64,000 nt of DNA from an uncultured delta proteobacterium. GTDB lineage: Bacteria; Desulfobacterota; Binatia; UBA9968. Of the stretch, positions 30,075 through 38,998 are shown in pieces. Positions within the stretch are counted from its first letter, which is position 1; each line of letters begins with the position of its first letter. The translations under genes were made by a program, and so were the position numbers. The notes below the pieces were generated by a model that did not search any database, had not been told where the DNA came from, and saw only the letters and a list, made by a program, of their open reading frames with translations. The DNA is taken from positions 128,001-192,000 of the forward strand of contig CAWFJP010000030.1 of the NCBI GenBank assembly GCA_963816145.1, written 5' to 3'.

Positions 30075-30863
30075 GACTCCAGTTGATAGCTCCAAGTTTC
30101 GCTGAGCGCGCGATCACCGGCCTGAAGAAAAGCGCGCAGCTCCAACGGCTTCCCCTTGGGCAGCCTTACCTGGAAACTCAAGCGCCAGCCCCCGTTCACC
30201 GGGTTTCGCAACAGATTTTGTTGCACCAGGGCTTGCGCAGAAATAACCGGGCGCGCACATTCACAGTGCTCCGCTCCCCCGGTTGGACAATGAATGAAAA
30301 GGCGCCGGCGACGCTGGCACTGTCGAGCAACGCGTAAAGCTTTACTACACGAGCTTCGCGCGACGGCCGCGCCAACCAGAACTCCTTGAAATATGGAAAT
30401 TCTTCCCCGGTCGGCAAGCCGGTATCGATCGCCAAACCGCGTGCAGAGAGACCGAACACTTGACCTTTGGCCACCGCGCGAAAATAACTAGCGTTGGCAA
30501 AAACAACCACATGATTAAATTCGCTGTTTTTAAAAAACGGATAAGCGATGCGAAAACCGGCAAAACCCAGATCGGCTAGAATCCGATCGGCGAATTTGTT
30601 CTTACCGTAAGTGAAAAGTTGCTGCGAGAAAGGCAACGCTCGGCTAGCACCGGCATCGATGAGATTGATTCTAACGGTTTGGCTAAAATATGGACCGGTG
30701 CCGGGCGCGAGGGGGGGGCGTCATAACGGCCTCAAGGGTTCGAAGCTGATCATTGTCAGGCGTTCTTCAACCCCAACTCGCGGGTTTGTAAGTGTCGCTG
30801 ATATAATCTTGCTAATGCCTCAAGGTTTTCACAAAGTTAAGCAACAGACTTCAGCACAGCCAT
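30071..30863 (-). pseudogene. opgG: OpgG/MdoG periplasmic glucan protein remnant with large internal deletions
   Basis: LGFAGFRI, SYFRAV..GQVFGLSARGLAIDT...GEEFP.F.EFWL joined almost directly to the C-terminal GWRLSFQ...LSETWSYQL. Confidence 0.85.
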
Positions 30864-31473
30864 GACCGTTTTTTCCCTTTTCTCTCAGTCTAAGTTATAC
30901 CCCGTTCAGACCGGCGGTGCGACAAGCGGTTTCCATGCTTTCGTAATGTCCTAATCGGCTGGCCGTCGGTATGAAACAACCGAACCGATCAACAGACGCG
31001 GTCAAGAACTATCGGCGTTTTCGTAATTACGAAAGGCTGCACATGAGTCTGGGGGTACCACACTCCGTCCTTGGTGTATTTAAACAAGTACGGCCACAGT
31101 CCAGCTATTAACTTTCATCTGAGGCGGAAGAAGCGATTCGAAAACTTATCGTCTAACCAGCATAGCGCAAAGATAAACATGCTGCTCTGTGCCAATCGAG
31201 GGCCAGCTGGGATTTACCCCAGACCGGGCTTTTTTCATGCCTCCATTACGCATTTCAAGGGCGCGATTGCCATGCTGTGAACTTTGCCGGCTCACTATAT
31301 TTCTCAATTTTCTTTCTGAAAACGTTCCCACAATAAAACTTGAAGGTTCAAAACGATTTGGAATCAGCAGCGATCGGAACAAGGGTGTGCCGTCGAAACA
31401 CTTTTTGCCATAGTTCTTAACTTGAAAAAGCGCATGAGCTATCAACCCGAAGGGAGGGTATGGCTAATAACCA

Positions 31474-32775
31474 CTAATTTTGCTGGGCGTCCTTTTTCAA
31501 GTGCGCAGCAAGCGCTGCCAATTTCTCGGCAGGCAAACCGTCGAGCAGCTTTGCCAAATCGTTTTTCTGCCCTTGCGCGGCAACGGTAACCGACGGCCGC
31601 CGCTGCGAGAGATCTTTAAGATACTGTTCCATTGGAAAAATCGAAAGTCCCAATACGTAGTCCGTTGCGGCCTTGCTTGAATCCTCCGAAAGCCGGTAAA
31701 ACTCTGCTTCGTCGTTTAGCAAGTTTCGCAGTGTGGCATCCCACGCGTCTACGTTTTGGTCGGGAATCACCGGTATAGGAAGCCGGTTTTCGTCTCGGCG
31801 TTTCTCATAAGTCTCAATCCGGTGCACAGGCAAGGAGTAATCTACCCCTAGTTTTGCTTCGATTAGTCCACCCACATTACTTGCGAGCACAGGAATTCCT
31901 CGGAGCATCGCCTCTACCACAACCAGACCGAAAGCCTCGCCCCATAAGGATGGCACAAGCAAAATTCGCGTCTGTTTGAAAATCTCATCGATATTTTCGC
32001 TAGGCTGCAGAAGTGTTACATTTGGTAACAATGCACAAGCAGACCGATCGGCGGCATTTGTCGCCCAAGTGGGTACAGCGGCAAACATTACCTCTCGGAA
32101 TCTTCGTGCAAGCTCTAAAAAAATAGGCAGACCTTTAATATTGGAGGGATTGATCATGGTTACGTAGAGATTATCCCATGACCCCAGCGGTGGAAAGGGT
32201 GGCAATCCATAGACCGGCACGCACGCGACAAAGGAATCTAAGCCGCCCCATTTCTCGATATAACTTTTCAGGTATTTGCTGCTGGTTAGAATACCTGCAA
32301 CATCTTCTAGCATTTGCTTTTTGAATCGGTCGACCGTAAAGGCTTCCGGCCCGAACGGTAAAGTCGCCTGACTCTGGGATAAAAATAACGTACGTCGCGG
32401 ATCGATTTCAGTAGCTGCAGCGAGCAGCATATAAGTAGGATCTTCGGAGATGATAATCCAAGTCGGATCAAACTCCTGTATCTGGGCTTTCAAGTGCTCA
32501 TGAAGCCGTGCTCCATTGGCTAAAGCGTAAACTTTTACTCCATTACGGAAAAACACCTGACGGGATGGCGAGAGTTCCAGGATACTCACAGCAGATCTAT
32601 CGTGTCGATTGAGACGTGCAAACGGTTTCAACTCTTCGGCGGGCGTCCCCACTAGAGCGATTGCTCTACATTCATGGCCTCTTTCCGCCAATCCCTCTAA
32701 TAAACACCGACCCACTCGGCTGGCACCATTCAATACTGGCAGGTAGGGTAATTTTTGCGCAAATAGTATTTTCAC
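31474..32775 (-). CDS. GT4-family (GT-B) glycosyltransferase with C-terminal docking-like helix
   Basis: L..GLAERGHE, NPSNIKG, LLVPSLWGEAFGLVVVEAMLRGIPVLASNVGGLIEA. Confidence 0.88.
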   Translation of the reverse strand: MKILFAQKLPYLPVLNGASRVGRCLLEGLAERGHECRAIALVGTPAEELKPFARLNRHDRSAVSILELSPSRQVFFRNGVKVYALANGARLHEHLKAQIQEFDPTWIIISEDPTYMLLAAATEIDPRRTLFLSQSQATLPFGPEAFTVDRFKKQMLEDVAGILTSSKYLKSYIEKWGGLDSFVACVPVYGLPPFPPLGSWDNLYVTMINPSNIKGLPIFLELARRFREVMFAAVPTWATNAADRSACALLPNVTLLQPSENIDEIFKQTRILLVPSLWGEAFGLVVVEAMLRGIPVLASNVGGLIEAKLGVDYSLPVHRIETYEKRRDENRLPIPVIPDQNVDAWDATLRNLLNDEAEFYRLSEDSSKAATDYVLGLSIFPMEQYLKDLSQRRPSVTVAAQGQKNDLAKLLDGLPAEKLAALAAHLKKDAQQN

Positions 32776-32813
32776 TTCGGCCCTGATGAAATGTTCGACG
32801 TTACCACGCTTCT

Positions 32814-35015
32814 CTATTTTTTGCCGCTTATGCTGGTAAGGTCTTTTAATTCGTCCATCGACAAGGCATCCAGCTTATCCAAAATGGCGCCGATTTCCGC
32901 AGGATCAGATTGTCGGAACTGCTCCATAAGTATTGCCTTCGACAGAACCGCCACCGTAAATTCCTGAGTCACGAGCAACCGCGGTGAGAGTTCGACGTCA
33001 AAACTTGCTCGTATACGAGACAACACCTGCATCGCCAAGAGAGAATGCCCTCCCAAGTCAAAAAAATTGTCGTTTATGCCGATTTCCTCAAAACCGAGAA
33101 GCTCGGACCAGATGTTGGCAATTTCTTTTTCGACCGGGGAAGTGGGCGCGACGAATGGCACTGTGAGCTCAGGGCGCGCTCCGCCAAAAGATGAGACGGC
33201 CTCATGGATCGTATTCGGATCATTCAATGTCATGGCGATATGGATCAAGACGTCGTCCCCACCCTGGGGCCTGAATCGCGATCTCGAATCTTGTGGGATC
33301 ACCGGCGCTGATGAAACCCCGTCTGACCCTTCATCGTTTTGGCGTGTCACTTTATCCGGATCCATTTTATAATCGGCCGCCATACTGGCGGTAACTTGAT
33401 ATCGCCAACCACCCTCGCAGACTTCTTTTTTTGCGCTTACTAGGGACTCAAGAAAGTTAGCGGCCGGTTTGTTTTTGGACGTCGGCATGAACCGAAGCTC
33501 CACAGAATCCGCGTCCTTTTCTATGGCTATCGTTCCTAACCTTGCCAACATTTGGTGTTCGACTCCGCGCCCCATCGCGCGGCAGCTGAGCAAGAATGTA
33601 TCTACAATTACCGAGCGTGACAAAACCTGATAAATAATCACGCCGACGAGGCCATAGTCACCAAATCGATCACCAACGTGGACAATCAGAATTTCCTTGC
33701 CTTCCTGCTGCAAGTGTTGCAATTCTGATTCAGACCGCCGAATGGTAGAAACGTTAAATTGGTTCGTCCGGTAAGTGAGGTCGGCGACTCTTGCCAACGA
33801 ATGAGCAGTGGCGGGCGAAATGTCGATTTGTAGTTGGAGCTCTGCGAGAAATTCCCCGAAAGTGAGTGATCGTTGTCGGACCGAGTCGCGCTGAAAATGT
33901 TCTCGATAGAGTTCCGTTCGACGCTTATCTTCAGTGGTTACTTTGCCATGATCAAAAACCCACAGATGATCGAGAAACTGCGGGGTACATTCCGGATCCG
34001 GCGGCAGCTGAATCGCCAAAACGTCAGCGCAGTTCGCTCTTACCTCGCCGCATTCAACCGGGTCATCGTCGATAAGAATAAAGGCATCGAGTCCCAGATT
34101 CAATTCCTTTGCCAACGATCTTAGATTTTCGGACTTAGGCCTCCAGTTGATCCGCGAAGCAAGGAAATGATCCCGCTGCACGAGCATTCCAGGATGGGCG
34201 TCAAATACTGCCTGGACATCTTCCTCATTATTCTTGCTGCAAAGACAGAGAACTATGCCCGCGTCGTGCTGCCGTAGGACGAATTCCTGTAGAGCTTTCC
34301 TCGTCGAATCAATTTGGACGGCCGTCGGCCCATCTTCTCCGCACGCCCCGCCCCATAGAGTATTGTCACAATCGAGGGCGATGACTTTGTGAGGAAGCTT
34401 TTTCAATGCGTAAATCTTCCGCGCGATCATAGTGGCTAGAGCCGTAAAGTACACTGGTGTGTAAGGCACGTGAGCGAGCTTGTCCGTATAATCGTCGCGA
34501 CAGTCTGGAACGGGATAAAGCTTTGCCATATCTTCGTGATGCAGGACGTGTACACCGGCGATCTCTCCAGCCTCCGAGACCAGGTAGTGTTCCATCTTAG
34601 TGATGAAAGCATTTGCCTCCGAATCGGCAGCGCGATGCTGGGATGGAGGGCATAAACACACAAGAAATGTCGTGGGCACTTTCCCTACGGCAGCCCGGAG
34701 ACACTGAAGAAAATCACCGACGTTTCGCTCTATCTCCGATTCAAACGAACCCGGCGCGTCGGTCGCGGGTGCGCCCCCCCAGTCTTCAAGCCGAACCAGA
34801 GTGACGTCTATATCGTTATTGCTGCTAGATAACGAGCCAGGGTAGGTCAGGAGATGTTGGAACAGCTGCCCATACGGCGCAAACTGAATCCGGACAGGTT
34901 GACGTAATTCTTCCATCCAGAAGCGCAGCGGCACTTCGACCGAATCAGCGGTAAACGATGCCGCAATAGTAAGTGAAATTTGTTCGTCGGTCGAACCCAA
35001 AGCGTTTGCGTCCAT
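32814..35015 (-). CDS. FkbH-like glyceryl transferase/phosphatase fused to a phosphopantetheinyl carrier domain
   Basis: HAD motif LDCDNTLWGG, CSKNN, IDDDPVE, RTNQFN, DRFGDYGLVG, FLLSCRAMGR; carrier motif NFFDLGGHSLLA. Confidence 0.92.
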   Translation of the reverse strand: MDANALGSTDEQISLTIAASFTADSVEVPLRFWMEELRQPVRIQFAPYGQLFQHLLTYPGSLSSSNNDIDVTLVRLEDWGGAPATDAPGSFESEIERNVGDFLQCLRAAVGKVPTTFLVCLCPPSQHRAADSEANAFITKMEHYLVSEAGEIAGVHVLHHEDMAKLYPVPDCRDDYTDKLAHVPYTPVYFTALATMIARKIYALKKLPHKVIALDCDNTLWGGACGEDGPTAVQIDSTRKALQEFVLRQHDAGIVLCLCSKNNEEDVQAVFDAHPGMLVQRDHFLASRINWRPKSENLRSLAKELNLGLDAFILIDDDPVECGEVRANCADVLAIQLPPDPECTPQFLDHLWVFDHGKVTTEDKRRTELYREHFQRDSVRQRSLTFGEFLAELQLQIDISPATAHSLARVADLTYRTNQFNVSTIRRSESELQHLQQEGKEILIVHVGDRFGDYGLVGVIIYQVLSRSVIVDTFLLSCRAMGRGVEHQMLARLGTIAIEKDADSVELRFMPTSKNKPAANFLESLVSAKKEVCEGGWRYQVTASMAADYKMDPDKVTRQNDEGSDGVSSAPVIPQDSRSRFRPQGGDDVLIHIAMTLNDPNTIHEAVSSFGGARPELTVPFVAPTSPVEKEIANIWSELLGFEEIGINDNFFDLGGHSLLAMQVLSRIRASFDVELSPRLLVTQEFTVAVLSKAILMEQFRQSDPAEIGAILDKLDALSMDELKDLTSISGKK

Positions 35016-35052
35016 TACCTAATACCTCAAATCCGTTTTCGCAAATCTACAA

Positions 35053-35802
35053 TTAGTCTTTGCGTCTGTTCGGTATCTCGTTGAGCCGCTTGGCTAATAT
35101 GTCCATCAGGCGTTTATAGGAAAGAGGCGGCGCCAAAAAGGAAAAGTCCCGGCTACCGATAGATTCAAACCGAGGCTGCTCGCTAGCGATAGCCGTTTTC
35201 TCAAATTCCGATTTCCATACTTCAGCAAGTTCGGGAAAGCCCAATTTCTGTGCGATATTGCATAAGATGTTTTCGCCCGAATTAAAATAGCCAGCTTGGT
35301 CGCGTTTCTTCACGCCGCAGAAGAGAATGCCCAGATCCAAATAATCTTCCAGTTCGTTCGCCAGACGAATTAAAACAACGTCTCTCTCAAACTGGCTCAG
35401 AGAATCCAACTGAACGCAGATGCTCTGTGCAACCTGCTGGTTCCACCTTAACTCGTTGTACCTTGCGACATACTCTTCCACTTCCGGGCCTACGGCGGCT
35501 CTTACATAGTCTTGTTTTGCAGACGAGAGACCTTGTTTGTTGTCGCCAAAATCACCGCTATCGTACGCGGCATGAAGGAGTCCGGCGGCTATTATGCGTG
35601 GCGCTGAACGAACACTCGTCAGGATACTCGCCGTGCCAACCAAGTGGGCAATGAAGGTTTTCCCGGACCCTCTGAAGCGTCCGGTGAAAAGGGTCATTGC
35701 GAGCTCGTAAGACTTTTTGACAGCAGCTATTTCCTGTTCATCGTACCCGAGGTCATACATCTGATTGAACAGCTGAATATTCGTTTGTGCAAAGCGATAC
35801 AA
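35053..35802 (-). CDS. HD-superfamily (RelA/SpoT/Mesh1 hydrolase-like, DUF6817-type) protein with substituted metal ligands
   Basis: AQTNIQLFNQ, RGSGKTFIAHLVGTASIL, AAGLLHAAY, IRLANELED; likely TTG start at 35802 after AAGGGA. Confidence 0.7.
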   Translation of the reverse strand: MYRFAQTNIQLFNQMYDLGYDEQEIAAVKKSYELAMTLFTGRFRGSGKTFIAHLVGTASILTSVRSAPRIIAAGLLHAAYDSGDFGDNKQGLSSAKQDYVRAAVGPEVEEYVARYNELRWNQQVAQSICVQLDSLSQFERDVVLIRLANELEDYLDLGILFCGVKKRDQAGYFNSGENILCNIAQKLGFPELAEVWKSEFEKTAIASEQPRFESIGSRDFSFLAPPLSYKRLMDILAKRLNEIPNRRKD

Positions 35803-35813
35803 TTTGTTTCCCT

Positions 35814-37298
35814 TCAAAGTGTATGTGCCGATGTTAAATACGGGACGACTCCACTGCGTTCCAACTGAGGCACACTGACGACCTTGCCGGTCACGGCCTC
35901 GACCAGTTTCACCGGCGTACTGCCAAGATTCACGTCGCATAAATCACCGGCGACATAGGCGCTTCCTGCCAAAGGTGCAGAAATCGCGGTTGGCGCCGGT
36001 TGTACCACCTTCCGCAGCGCCGCTGCACTGCGCCAGTTTCCGGTATCGACTGCCAGCCAACATTGATATTGCTGCGGCGATGGCTCAAGAGTCAGGAACG
36101 CGAACGGTCTTATTTTGCGCAGCGGCTCGGCTTCTCTGGTTTCTACACAAACCAGGGTTGGATCGTTGGCTCGGCCTCGCGAGAGAGGGCGGATAACAAC
36201 GCCGGATCGACCCTCACTGGCTTGACGTAGGAGCTGAGGAAGTTTTCCAAAGGTTTCCTGTGCGTCCAAATTCGGCCAAGCCTCGATGGTATCGCTTTTG
36301 TTCTTGACGATGCTGAGATCGAAGCGGTCTCGATCGACCGATAAGAACATCGCCACCATGAGCTCGGCTTGCTCACGAGGCAGCTCGGGTTGATAGCCTG
36401 GCTTGCCATTGGGTACCGTTAGCCCTGTCAGAAACCGACGATGACCGCGGGCAAATTTGATGATCGTTTCCTCGCTCTCGGGCACCGCCTTTTCACTAAA
36501 CCAACGCAACGCGGACACACCCCATTTTGCATTGAAGTGGCGCACCGTTGCTAAGTTCCAGGCCTCGCTCCAACGCAACATAAAGTAGGGAACATCGAAC
36601 CATTCATAAGGAGGCGGTGGCACATAACTAGTAACTGCGCGCGGCTCAATATAAACCGATCCTCCTGCCTCACGCACAGCCATGCCAATGTCGATATGTT
36701 CATGCAGGCTTAAAAGTTTTTCGTCCAGCGGACCGAGACGTTGAAGAATCTCAGTACGTATAAGCATGCAATGGAATTCTGCATAATCCCAAGCGCGTCG
36801 CTGCAGACGATCCTGAACTTGGTCGAGCTTCGTTTCGAAAAGATATTGTTCGTCATACAGAATTCGCTTGCCTTCATGTTCCTTGACGTGCAGAGTGCCG
36901 CCAGCCATGTGAATGGTCTGTTTTTCCAGCTCTCCAATGAGGTAGAGAGGTCCGACGATCCAGGCATCGGTGTCGTTTGCACATCGGACAAGAGCCGCCA
37001 ACCAGCCGGGCCTCACCAGCGCGTCATTATCGATGAATACCGTGTATTTGGTCTTCACTTCGCGCCAGCCAAGGTTGCGAGCTTGGTTGGGAGACAGATA
37101 TCGATCCAGCGAAATTACCCGGAAGCCTTTTCGCTGCGATTCCTCCTTAAGGAATGTTCGCAAGGGCCCCGGGCTGCCTGCGTCGATGTATATTAAGTCG
37201 AACGGAAAGTCTGTGTTTTCATAAATATTGATCAAAGATTGTTGGGCGAAGCTAAATCGTTCGCGAGGAACCACCACGATGGTGACCTGGGATTCCAT
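35814..37298 (-). CDS. GT2-family glycosyltransferase fused to a degenerate RepB DNA-primase-like domain
   Basis: GT-A motifs VTIVVVPRE, NQARNLG, VFIDND, EHID; C-terminal VVIRP...FLTLEPSPQQYQCWL...LAGS. Confidence 0.8.
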   Translation of the reverse strand: MESQVTIVVVPRERFSFAQQSLINIYENTDFPFDLIYIDAGSPGPLRTFLKEESQRKGFRVISLDRYLSPNQARNLGWREVKTKYTVFIDNDALVRPGWLAALVRCANDTDAWIVGPLYLIGELEKQTIHMAGGTLHVKEHEGKRILYDEQYLFETKLDQVQDRLQRRAWDYAEFHCMLIRTEILQRLGPLDEKLLSLHEHIDIGMAVREAGGSVYIEPRAVTSYVPPPPYEWFDVPYFMLRWSEAWNLATVRHFNAKWGVSALRWFSEKAVPESEETIIKFARGHRRFLTGLTVPNGKPGYQPELPREQAELMVAMFLSVDRDRFDLSIVKNKSDTIEAWPNLDAQETFGKLPQLLRQASEGRSGVVIRPLSRGRANDPTLVCVETREAEPLRKIRPFAFLTLEPSPQQYQCWLAVDTGNWRSAAALRKVVQPAPTAISAPLAGSAYVAGDLCDVNLGSTPVKLVEAVTGKVVSVPQLERSGVVPYLTSAHTL

Positions 37299-38823
37299 GT
37301 TGAAGACTCCTACTGATCTAAACGAGAAATACCGCCGAGGTTACTTTGACAATTTTCCATGACGACAGTTCCGTCTCGCCAAAACGAACATAGGATTGTG
37401 GTGTTGTACGCTGATTTAGTACACGATTTGACACATGCCATTTTTATGCTTTTTAGATCCGTGAGCAAGGAGAAAGAGCTTCGAATAAAGTACATCACCC
37501 CGATGTAAGACTGCAAACTACGTTGACTCTAAAGTGCTAGGTGAGAAAGGACTACGGCTCACTGCTCAAAGCGAGCGTTAACTCTAGGAATCTAGGTCCG
37601 TAACGCAGAATTACATGGAAATGGAGGACGATTCATGGCGTACTCGTAGGGATAAATCTTAGCGCCGAATCATACGGAGAACGGCCTGAACAGCCAATCG
37701 GAACGCCTTAGAGAGTGAATAGAAGCAAGTTGCCGGACTTTTGTCCGCGTAATAATGACAAGCCCCAAAAACTACCGATGAAAGCGTCACTCAGGGCTTG
37801 GTTTCGTTGGGCTTGAGGGTCGCGCTTAAGTTCTAAGACGATTCACCCACGATCGATTTTAGAATGGCCTTCAAGAGGTCCTCTAGTTTCCACTCCGTGC
37901 TGCCAGTTTGCCGCAACTTTACCGAAACTAATTGCTGGTATGTGTTTTCGAACGGAAATTGAGTGAGCGTGATGTAACTGTAGGCGCTTGAATTCCTTGA
38001 GTTGACTACCATAGGTTGCACACAGCCCGGCTACCACTCCGGAACTGAAAATCCTCATGTCGCTGATCGATCATGCGCAATGGCGATTGTGTCTTTTATG
38101 TTTCCAGTGTGATTCCAGATGAAGTTAACGGAACCAGAGAAACGGTTCCATCCTCATGCTTATTTACCTCGTTTTTGTCGGTTTTTTCTAGTCGAGTTAT
38201 GTTCTGGAGTTGGCTAGTGTTTTTCGTAATCAGTGGATCGCCGGTTCACCTTCGGCGCATCGCTCCAGATTTTATCGATGATTTGGAATCCCGTCCGATG
38301 AGATGATTTGGCTTTGCGGGCGCATTGTCCGTGTTCAGCCCGCTTTCGCGCACTCAGCGGACCGATCGGGACGAAGACTTCAACTGCAAAAGACTTGCAG
38401 GATATTCTGAACAGGTTACGCGGGACGCCTTACAACTTTCGAAAGCACAACGGAAGCGTTCGCAAGTCCAGCGGCCAACGCAAGATATCCGAGCTCGGCA
38501 TATCCTCCCGACACCGACCGACTGGAGTGATTGCATACGAATTAGCGAGCTCTTGGGAGTGAGACACCATGCTATCAGCGAGCCGAGGGGGAATAGGCTT
38601 AGCGAGGCAAGTATTTTATTCTGGCCGGAGCAAGCGAGCATGGTGAATCGAGACTAGCCCCTTCCCCCCTTTGTCAACAACGGATGCGCACATTGCGCGA
38701 TGTCGGGTTTTTGACAGTTAGTTTGTTGAAAACACCGAAAGCATGTACAAACTGGATAAACGTGAATGCAGTAAAATTGCAGAGTTAGAACCATCGTGAT
38801 TGATGCTTAAAGGGTAACGCAGA

Positions 38824-38868
38824 ACTCTCCCGTCGGGAACACGGGGTCGAGTCCCGTTCGGACCATCA
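38824..38868 (+). other. 3' half of a tRNA-Glu-like gene (degenerate), candidate attachment site
   Basis: CTCTC...GGGAAC ACGGG-GTCGAGT-CCCGT TCGGACCA: T-arm hairpin plus 3' acceptor strand; no complementary 5' acceptor strand upstream. Confidence 0.6.
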
Positions 38869-38998
38869 AGTTTGCTTCCCTTGCCTAAAACGATGCAACA
38901 GCGGCCACACGATCGCGCATCTCAGCTCGGGGCTGTTCCGATGAAGCGCCGGTTGCGCGAATGCAATCTCGACGAAGCGCGGCAAGAAGAAGAACTTC

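Noticed and set aside
31146-31445. Fifth gene of the FkbH operon (thioesterase or PPTase)
   Set aside because: The ORF has no GxSxG or PPTase motifs and looks non-coding.
38308-38657. Integrase pseudogene as an annotated feature
   Set aside because: Only a faint ISELLG-like trace; no recognisable R-H-R-Y catalytic set. Mentioned only as weak support for the island boundary.
38795-38870. Intact tRNA gene
   Set aside because: Only the T-arm and 3' acceptor strand are present; no D-arm or pairing 5' strand, and the T-loop is mutated.
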